In this document: positions 57,301 through 64,000 of the stretch, piece by piece
How positions within the stretch are numbered: position 1 is the first letter of the stretch
Layout: each line of letters opens with the position of its first letter
From: Thermoplasmatota archaeon
Lineage (GTDB): Archaea > Thermoplasmatota > E2 > JACPAO01 > JAHFTW01
DNA length: 64,000 nt
Assembly (NCBI GenBank): GCA_041601615.1
Contig: JBFIHX010000004.1
Coordinates: 64,001 to 128,000, forward strand
Direction: 5' to 3'
Program-made: the position numbers and the translations under genes
The notes under the pieces: model-generated
What the model was told of the DNA's origin: nothing
Seen by the model: the letters and a program-made list of their open reading frames with translations, nothing else
The model's database searches: none

Positions 57301-58016
57301 CGCACCACGTCGCTGCCAATGTCCGTAATCGCCGCAACAATGCGCGGCCCCCGGAGTGGCTGCGGCGCGATTCGGGCTGTGTTGCCCGCCAAATCTTTAA
57401 TCTGCACCGTCGCGGCCAAGGTGTCCTCGGCAAGGTCCTGAGCCGTCACCGGAGCATTGAGCGTCACGATGGTGTCCGTCCCGTCCGCCGCCACCTCAAT
57501 GATGGCCGTTGCACCTCCATTCGCCTCGCCGGTGTACTCAAGCTCCGTCGCCACAAACGGATCCGCAGCACCCTGCACCCGCTCCGTCCACCGCGCACGA
57601 ACATCCGCCTGCCCAGCTTGCGCCAAAACCGACACAAGCTGCGGCGGAGCACCGTCCACAGCCACCACGGAACCACTCGTCTTCTGGCCACCGCTTCCAG
57701 TCACCACATACTTGACGTTCGGCGTGGCACCCGAATCGAAGCCAGGCGCCTCCTGCAACAACAAATGCAGGATGCTGTCGGACGGCATCCGATACCCAAT
57801 GATGCTATGGGCTTGCACCGTAAATTCGGACAACCGAAGCGCCCGCTCACTGATGCGAGCATCAAAACTGAGCACAACCGCATCAATGCGGCCGTCGCCG
57901 TCCTCATCCTGCGTAAGCGCACTTGTCAACGCCGGAGCCGCTTGCGCCTGACCTGCCATCGGCATCTGGAGCCCCAGCAGCAGGGCGCAAAGTGCCACAG
58001 CAATGCGACGTTCCAT
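54378..58016 (-). CDS. Large surface protein with Ig-like repeats, C-terminal TM and zinc-ribbon tail
   Basis: Signal peptide; repeated D.D.(D/N)G..DA....(F/L)SE motifs; TM helix; acidic linker; CPAC...CPNC. Confidence 0.85.
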   Translation of the reverse strand: MERRIAVALCALLLGLQMPMAGQAQAAPALTSALTQDEDGDGRIDAVVLSFDARISERALRLSEFTVQAHSIIGYRMPSDSILHLLLQEAPGFDSGATPNVKYVVTGSGGQKTSGSVVAVDGAPPQLVSVLAQAGQADVRARWTERVQGAADPFVATELEYTGEANGGATAIIEVAADGTDTIVTLNAPVTAQDLAEDTLAATVQIKDLAGNTARIAPQPLRGPRIVAAITDIGSDVVRVFFNVPLVRVPGAGSFDVVYDQPPADPIAGVLAVASGGSPDEVLVTLTSVVKPSDVRSLEPASLSSSPDKFMAKGIHNGETISFQPSRAPLQDETAPRVVGVQTQDRNRNGLLDALLVTLSEPAVSTCTGGDGQPGIKVTLFIDGGSVPYVVDHGSGQVPKAVDAAGKVLLVRLQERSTHGSDTGLVPELTVGTCGNGVMPFQDLAEVGSGNSVRGNDVLPVGLASVQEADGASPVVLRATSQDRDQDGLMDAYVLQFSEPLVQSAFRSDQWTVRGVNVTGGIWDEADTLILELEEDPQGSSSDLPRITYSGGNNESDLRDPSGNLLERFDGGIFEYIDDAGPRILRVFGDVGQTRLRIEFSEPVEGVDPDSGGPGRNLQESDFFYQDAGGGVAGITDVKHTRGDRVAFLVLNAPLAAVDLSADATGGDAVLAVQGHIREANGDAAKDRALVSGEPIHLLRLDVDPPGVPGSLDEDGVAAETTVTSASFSFVAPSDDAGIPATGSVAGYQVFVSKEPIAAEPTAAQAAALRAKGAWATLSLKGASPAEPGLPEIVTVGGLCPSTSYHFGLEAVDDFGNPSNLAVVADLLTLDDETPAVGGDSVRLLSASHPLDKNGVAQESTKLVGSVALEGFSDPEACGLDYVWIIDDKQSTVFEDENVTKAVEVPEAPGGTNGTLYRATEPAVRFDLRNASPPVTLWLHVAALSPGGLSDIFHYPLQLVLPVDCIADNLLMPDIVSVRERGSTTVTWGEYRGELPDGIELVGYQVWMRPAKGSLLLREELEAPADGFEQRRFLDDLKLRQGDGYLVTAYFTDNLCRFVWDESALLDGSDPGGPNATFGANRAKLIADPPSVPVWAWVTLSVVAMLVVGGLVLFFALRNQRLDETWLHEDEDLHDPDNPFGSDPVHALDGEGAGSPDVFGDDDSVVDPFGGGAGAVPAVDVTCPACTHRFQARGARPLAIVCPNCSASGTLE

Positions 58017-58202
58017 TTCGACTCCCCGGATGACGTCCGGTACGTGTCGACCCGACTCCCGGTTTATAGGCAGTCTTGTGGCATCGTTGAACCAATGCCA
58101 CCCACTGCCTCCGAAAGCGGGGCGGATGAAGGCGGTTGAAAAAAGAAGGAGGAAGAAAAAAGCGGGAAGAAAGCAGCGAGGAATGGAGCAAAGACCCGGC
58201 GA

Positions 58203-61200
58203 CTAGCGCAGGATGCCCTTCACGCCACAGTTCGGACACGTGGTCTGCAAGGGTTTGGCGCCGTGCGCCTCGAACCCGTGGTCACACTTGGGACACTCGA
58301 TGTAGTGCTCCTCTGCGTGCGCAGTGTCCGCACCAGAATCCGTATCCACGTCCGCGCCAGCGACCCAGGGGTCCGTGCCCCACGCAGAGTCGTCCCACTG
58401 CGCAGACTCGTCCCAACCAGCCTCTTGCTTGCCACGGCGGCTGAGTGCCACGGGAATCACGACGACGGCCACGATGCCGATCACACCAATGGCCACCAGG
58501 AGCCAGACCCACCAGGGCATGCCATCGCCACCGGCGGTCGCAGGCGGATTGCCCACGGAGCCGGTCGGCTTGACAGCGAGCGCATCCAGTTCGTCGCTGG
58601 TCTTGCCCTCATAGCCAGGCGCATTGTCGACGTCGTCCACTTGACCGCCCGCCGCGTCCGTTAGGAAGTACAGCGTTACGAGGTACTTGGCCGTCTCCGG
58701 CGCACCCTTGTCCACGAACTCACCGGAGATGAAGTCCACATGGGTCGCAGGCAAGTCCACAAGGAGCGTGTACGGACTGGTGCTGCGCCAAATCTGTAGA
58801 CCAGCGATGTCCAAGTCCGTGGTCGGCAGCGTCCAGCGAAGGATGTTGTCCGAACCGCTGCGCGTCACACTCACGGTCTTCTGCAGCGCTTCGTTGCCGT
58901 CCTTGATGTCCTCCGAGTCCGGAAGCACAACATCCGGATCAGTAATCAGAATCGGGTAGTGCGCCGTGGTGCCGTGGAAGCCACCTTGGCTCTCGCCGCG
59001 CACATGGAAGTACCAAGTGCCTGCGTCCACATCCGTGAAGCTCACCGTTTCCGCGACAACGCTTCCAGACCGCGTGCCTTGCACTTCCGTGCCATCCACT
59101 TCGTAGGTGGAAATCTGGTTCAAGGCGTAGTAGTAGGTGATGGTGCTCTCGCCGTCCGTCAGGCCCGACCAAGAGAAGGTCGGAGATCGGCTCGTGCTGC
59201 CCACACCCGCCGCATGCGTCGGAGACGTAACCAGCAGCTCGCCCACCGGGGGCGTGGTGTCCGGTGCCGCCGTCGTCGCGGTGACCGTGCCGGGCGTGCC
59301 CGTGAGGCCTGCCGCGTCCTTGGCTCGAACACCGAAAGTGTACTCCTTAGCAGGAAGGAGACCAGAGACAACGACGTTGACCTTCGTTCCGGCCGCAGGC
59401 ACCGTCGTAATCACGTTGCCCAGCGTGTCGGTCATCGTGAATGTGCCCACTTCGCCCTCGGTGAAGACCGCGAGGGTCGTGCCGAGTTTGTGGCGCACTT
59501 CAAACGCAGTCACAGCGACGTTGTCCGTCGGCACCGTAAGTTGCAAAGTAACGGAGTTACCGCCCGCAGTGACCAACACAAGGTCCGTCACCGCAGAGGG
59601 ATTCACCGTATCCTTCGGGTTCACCTTCGCCGATGCGGCGACCCCGTCCGAAGGCAGGCCCGCCGTATCCACAGAGACAACCAGGAAATGGTACGTCTTG
59701 TCCACGGGAAGACCCGTAACGGTCAGCGACTGGGCAGTGTTGCGAATCGGAGCCGGAGGCGTCGCAGAGTCGCCAATGGCACCAGCCGTGACAAGGTGGG
59801 TGCCCGTCTGGCCGTCCGGGTTGTTGGCGTCGATTGCACTGCCCTCACGGATGTAAATCCGCAGAGAAGCCAAGTCCGTGTCGCCGGAGGTGGTCCAGGA
59901 GAGCTTGACATTGCCCGTCGTCGCAGAAACTTCGATACCCGTGGCAGTCAAGCTGGAAACGTCCAACGGAGGCGTGGTGTCCGAGGGAGCACCACTCAAC
60001 TTGAAGCTGGGCCGCGTCGCCTTGTTGCCGACCAAGTCGTGAATGGACTTCAACACGATGACATCGTTGTCAATGTCCTCCTGGCTGAGCGTTGCATCCA
60101 GAACCAACTTCACGGAGGCCGAGCCAGCCACATGCGTGACACTGACAATGGCCGCAGCGCGGTCGTTGGCGCCCGTGTTGCCGTTCTGGTAGCTGAAATC
60201 AGCCGCCGTCAACGCAAGCGGAGCGCCCGGCGTGCTGCCCGACGCACCCACAGGTTCGCTGAACACAATGTTCACATCGTTGCGGCCAGGGACCGCATCC
60301 GGGTTGGGAGACACACCAATGTCTAGGTTGGGGCGAGCTCGGTCCACTTCCGCAATGGCATCGGAGCCAATCAAGGCCGCAAGCTCATTGCCTGCAAGAT
60401 CCTTGACGCCAGGAGCCACCGGGTCATAGGTAACACGGTAGACCTTGTCTGTGTTGGCCGTGCCAAGTTGCGTAATCAGAATGAGAACACGCTCGTCGTT
60501 GATGGTCGCACCCGTGCTGAATCCGCCATCACGCTTGGCGTGGTTTACAATGGTCCACTCGGCCGGATCAAACGTAGAATCGTCCATCGGCTCAGAGAAC
60601 ACCAGTTCCACCGCATCCAAGCGACCGTCCCCATTCAGGTCGCGGAACGCAGCCTCAGGGTAGATGACGGGGTTGGCGGCAGGGGCCGTATTGATGGGGC
60701 CACCATCCGCAGTCAACAACCGGGGAGCAGCGCCATCCTGACTGGTCTGCGCCGTGAAAGCGGCCATGACATTTGCCGGAGAGGCCCTGTCCTTGATTTG
60801 CAGGGAATTGGAATTGGGCGCGTACGCGACCTTGACTGCCTTCCCGGTGCCGAGCGTCAGCCCGTTTTGATGTGCAGCAATGTCCGTCAAGACGTCGTCC
60901 TCATCCAGTTCGAAGAAGATGCGAGCGTCGTCGTTGCAGGTGGTCCCGACGAGGTGGGACTTGATGCTCACGATTTTTGCCGGCTGGTCCAGGTAGGTTA
61001 GCTTCCAGTCTGCAGCTTCGAGGTTGTCGCAAGTCGCGCCGGTGCCATCGTCGATGTTCTCACTGAAGGTCACACGGACGTGGTCGAGTAGACCATTGCC
61101 ATCTGTATCCAGCGTGTGGATCGAAGCAACCGTAGGCGGAGCGCCGTCCGAGATGGCAACATCCGGCAGGGCCGCACCCGTGAAGCTGTTCTTGCGCAGC

Positions 61201-64000
61201 AAGTTGCCGGAGGCGTCCTTGAGCGTGCCCAAGACAGCGATCTTGTCCGTGCCAATGTCCGAAGCGTGCAGCGGAGCATTGAGGGTAATCGGTTGCGTTG
61301 CGCCGGAACGAATGCCGACCGACTTGATGTTCGAAGCGCCCTCGCCATTGCTGGTCTGGGTGTTGACGTTCAAGTAGTCCAAATCGGAGGTCGTAATCCG
61401 GTTGTCGTTCGGGTTCGCACTCAGCACTTCTTCACTGAAGCGGAGGCTGACAGCGGCACTGCCTGGGCTGCCACTGGCGACCAGAAGCAGAGGCATCGCC
61501 TTGTCCACGGACTGAATTTCGCCAGACGATCCCACAGGCACGCCGCCGTTGAGGCTGGCCAGGAAGTTGCTGTCGCCATCGTTGATGTATTTCAGCTTGG
61601 GAACCACGGCGGTGCTCCAAGGCTTGTCGTTCAAGGGGCCGTCTTCGTCGAAAATCAGGTAGACCACGGCGTCGTCGCGTGCCGCTGCTCGAGAAGCGCA
61701 AGAACCCGTGGTCCATGTATCGGATACGGACGGTTCGTTCGAGAGCTGGATGTCGGTTTCACCAAACAGAACCTCGTGTTCGTCGGTTCCTACGCTAATG
61801 GACCAGTCCCCAAGGTCGAGGTTGCTGCACGTGGAACCGCTGCCGTCGTCCACGGCCTGACTCAAGGTCACACGCAGAGTGTCGATGCGGCCATTGGCAG
61901 CCTTGGATTGTCCCGCAGCCGAGGTGGGATTGTCGAACAAATCCAGCGTCTCAACGCTCAGAATCTGCACGCCGGCTCCCGCCGTCAGAGCGTAGGCCCC
62001 AGGCTTGACAAAATTGCCCTCCAGGTCCTTCACAGTGGAAGTCGTAGAGCCTCCGGATCCGACGCGAATGTTGACCGAGTCGCCGCCCGTCGTCAAATCA
62101 CTATCCACGAGGCTGCCAACGAGACCAATCGTCACCGTCTTGGAGCCCGCAGTATGCGAGACACTGGAGATACCTTGTGCGCCCTGGTTGTTGGTGTTGC
62201 TGTAGGAGAAATCCGACGCACTCACCAATTGAATTGGCTCACTCAAAGTCATCACGGCGCTGCTCGTGCCCGTGCTGCCGAGCATCGAAACCACGATGGG
62301 CGCGGCCTTGTCGACGGTTGCATGAGGCAGCCGCGTGGGGCCGGTAACGTCATTGAATCCGAACGCCACCATGGAGCGACCGGCCAAGTCCTTGACGCCG
62401 CCCGCAGAAGCATCGTACGAGATGACCGGCGTGTGATCGGTGTCAGGGCTCGAACCGGCAGGGAACATTACATACAGAAGGTGCGGCGAAGTGTTGGGCG
62501 CCTTGGGAGCCACATACTTGCCACCCGTTGCAGCCACGGCCGTTCCGCCTGCGCCGTCGCGAATCATGAATCCTGCCGAGGCGATGTTGCCGTCCTGGAC
62601 CGCTTCCGACATCGTCAAAACAATCGAATCCAGTCGTCCATCCGGCTTAGGGTCCAAGGGATTGGATCCAACGTCCCCCGTGTGCACCCCCAAGACAGTG
62701 GGAGCGGCAAAGTCAAGCGCCGGGACCAACGTGAAGGGGCGGGCCGATTGCTCGCTGCCCGAGGGCGACTTTAGGACTTCCTTGATCCCAATACCACTCG
62801 AACTCAATTCAAGAGTCGCGCCCGTGCCCACGGAGGCCACAGGAGTGAAGCAGACGAACACATAGCGCGCATCCAAACCGGTAGGCATCGGACAGCTAGC
62901 CGAAGGCGCATCGCCAAAGTCGACGACGTTGGTGACGTCGAAGGCCGTGGTCGCCGCGGTCTTGTCCGCATTGCGCAGTTGAAGTTTGAAACTCGAAGCA
63001 GTGGTGCCGTCGGCAGTGACGCTCTGGTCGTACCGCACGCGCACGGCGTCCAGCACACCGTTGTTGTCGCGATCAATGGTAGCGACTTCTTCCACGACCG
63101 GAGCTTGATCGACGCCGAGGAACATGGCGCGGACCTTGTCCACCTCAGTGTTGGCGAACGTCTCCAGGCGATCGTCCAAAGGCACCTTGTGGACGCCCGT
63201 CAGAATCGCCGTCGTGGTCGTTCCAGCACCGCGCACGGCGCCGCTCTTGATGATGATCTGATCCGAAAGAATGTCTGCCGAGGAAACGCGGTTGTTGAGG
63301 GTGAGAAGAACGCGCTCCGATCCAGCCACATGCGAAACAGCCGAAATGCCGCTTGCACCCACCGTGCCACCCACATCTTCGTAGTCGAAGGCAGAAAGGG
63401 CGAGGGCCGTGCCGGTGGCAGATTCCACAGGGCCATCGAAGACCAGCACTGCCTTGTTGGAGCCGATGCTGGTTAGGACTTTGAGGTCGGTTGGGGTTTG
63501 GTTCCAGGGGAGTTCGATGGAGGGGTTGGAAATTAAGGTTCCAGCCGAGTCAACAAGTGCAGAAGAATTTTCGTTGCACTCGCCACTGGGCTGCAATTGG
63601 GTCCCAAGACTAGGTTTGAAGCCTTTCGCCCGATCATTCCCGTCGGGCGGCGCCGTGAGGGTCACTTGCGCCGAAGGAGTTGTGCTTGAGGGAACGAATG
63701 ATTCCACGGAGACAACTGTGGTACCCGGCACCACATCCAACCAGCAAACGGAGTTTTTGGCGTCGTTGGTAGGAGGCGATGTAGAAATGAACGTTTTTTC
63801 GGTGAAATGGTACACAAGACTCTTCGTTCCGGCCGGGAACACGCGAACTAGTCGAGGAGGGTAGTTTTCAACGCTCTCCGAAACATCAGCAGCGAGGATG
63901 TTGGCCATTGTGTCGCGGTCTTTGTCTCGAACCACTCCATTGGAGTAGGTTAGTTGGGGCAGCACGGAAGGCGCATCGCCAAAGGATACCAGTTCTGGGA
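58203..64000 (-). CDS. Giant surface protein (>1930 aa, 5' end beyond the window) with Ig/FN3-like repeats, C-terminal TM and zinc-ribbon tail
   Basis: Frame stays open to the window edge; same D.D.NG.LD...FSE repeats; DTTPP/FN3-like modules; WWVWLL TM; CPKC...CPNC. Confidence 0.85.
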   Translation of the reverse strand, partial: PELVSFGDAPSVLPQLTYSNGVVRDKDRDTMANILAADVSESVENYPPRLVRVFPAGTKSLVYHFTEKTFISTSPPTNDAKNSVCWLDVVPGTTVVSVESFVPSSTTPSAQVTLTAPPDGNDRAKGFKPSLGTQLQPSGECNENSSALVDSAGTLISNPSIELPWNQTPTDLKVLTSIGSNKAVLVFDGPVESATGTALALSAFDYEDVGGTVGASGISAVSHVAGSERVLLTLNNRVSSADILSDQIIIKSGAVRGAGTTTTAILTGVHKVPLDDRLETFANTEVDKVRAMFLGVDQAPVVEEVATIDRDNNGVLDAVRVRYDQSVTADGTTASSFKLQLRNADKTAATTAFDVTNVVDFGDAPSASCPMPTGLDARYVFVCFTPVASVGTGATLELSSSGIGIKEVLKSPSGSEQSARPFTLVPALDFAAPTVLGVHTGDVGSNPLDPKPDGRLDSIVLTMSEAVQDGNIASAGFMIRDGAGGTAVAATGGKYVAPKAPNTSPHLLYVMFPAGSSPDTDHTPVISYDASAGGVKDLAGRSMVAFGFNDVTGPTRLPHATVDKAAPIVVSMLGSTGTSSAVMTLSEPIQLVSASDFSYSNTNNQGAQGISSVSHTAGSKTVTIGLVGSLVDSDLTTGGDSVNIRVGSGGSTTSTVKDLEGNFVKPGAYALTAGAGVQILSVETLDLFDNPTSAAGQSKAANGRIDTLRVTLSQAVDDGSGSTCSNLDLGDWSISVGTDEHEVLFGETDIQLSNEPSVSDTWTTGSCASRAAARDDAVVYLIFDEDGPLNDKPWSTAVVPKLKYINDGDSNFLASLNGGVPVGSSGEIQSVDKAMPLLLVASGSPGSAAVSLRFSEEVLSANPNDNRITTSDLDYLNVNTQTSNGEGASNIKSVGIRSGATQPITLNAPLHASDIGTDKIAVLGTLKDASGNLLRKNSFTGAALPDVAISDGAPPTVASIHTLDTDGNGLLDHVRVTFSENIDDGTGATCDNLEAADWKLTYLDQPAKIVSIKSHLVGTTCNDDARIFFELDEDDVLTDIAAHQNGLTLGTGKAVKVAYAPNSNSLQIKDRASPANVMAAFTAQTSQDGAAPRLLTADGGPINTAPAANPVIYPEAAFRDLNGDGRLDAVELVFSEPMDDSTFDPAEWTIVNHAKRDGGFSTGATINDERVLILITQLGTANTDKVYRVTYDPVAPGVKDLAGNELAALIGSDAIAEVDRARPNLDIGVSPNPDAVPGRNDVNIVFSEPVGASGSTPGAPLALTAADFSYQNGNTGANDRAAAIVSVTHVAGSASVKLVLDATLSQEDIDNDVIVLKSIHDLVGNKATRPSFKLSGAPSDTTPPLDVSSLTATGIEVSATTGNVKLSWTTSGDTDLASLRIYIREGSAIDANNPDGQTGTHLVTAGAIGDSATPPAPIRNTAQSLTVTGLPVDKTYHFLVVSVDTAGLPSDGVAASAKVNPKDTVNPSAVTDLVLVTAGGNSVTLQLTVPTDNVAVTAFEVRHKLGTTLAVFTEGEVGTFTMTDTLGNVITTVPAAGTKVNVVVSGLLPAKEYTFGVRAKDAAGLTGTPGTVTATTAAPDTTPPVGELLVTSPTHAAGVGSTSRSPTFSWSGLTDGESTITYYYALNQISTYEVDGTEVQGTRSGSVVAETVSFTDVDAGTWYFHVRGESQGGFHGTTAHYPILITDPDVVLPDSEDIKDGNEALQKTVSVTRSGSDNILRWTLPTTDLDIAGLQIWRSTSPYTLLVDLPATHVDFISGEFVDKGAPETAKYLVTLYFLTDAAGGQVDDVDNAPGYEGKTSDELDALAVKPTGSVGNPPATAGGDGMPWWVWLLVAIGVIGIVAVVVIPVALSRRGKQEAGWDESAQWDDSAWGTDPWVAGADVDTDSGADTAHAEEHYIECPKCDHGFEAHGAKPLQTTCPNCGVKGILR

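Noticed and set aside
62902-63984. 18-bp repeat GAAGGCGCATCGCCAAAG inside the giant surface gene
   Set aside because: Explained by the internal peptide repeat FGDAPS in a modular protein

Overview
GC-rich archaeal genomic window, most consistent with Thermoplasmatota (inferred from gene content and order). The core is the large ribosomal-protein cluster on the minus strand (rpl3 through rpl15, then secY), split between rpl29 and rps17 by two SUI1 paralogs, a VapBC-type toxin-antitoxin pair, rnp1 and an oppositely oriented beta-trefoil gene. Around it are housekeeping genes (pyrC, trmI, pfdB, hisS, purB, mscL, rimK, dacZ, tRNA-Ser-CGA), a copper regulator/chaperone pair, a bacterial-type PlsB-like acyltransferase, and many lipoproteins and large secreted or surface proteins. 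The most striking unannotated signal is a family of 88-111 bp structured elements at the stop codons of three unrelated genes (acyl-CoA dehydrogenase, rnp1, secY). Each unit joins a copy of the gene's last 7-11 codons, a fold-back arm complementary to that copy and a shared hairpin core, and neighbouring copies of the gene end differ almost only by synonymous changes. At the acyl-CoA dehydrogenase, three copies of [10 protein letters not shown] recur at an exact 111 bp period with the middle copy recoded. No mobilising enzyme is visible in the window. All product calls come from motif recognition by eye; no database searches were run.
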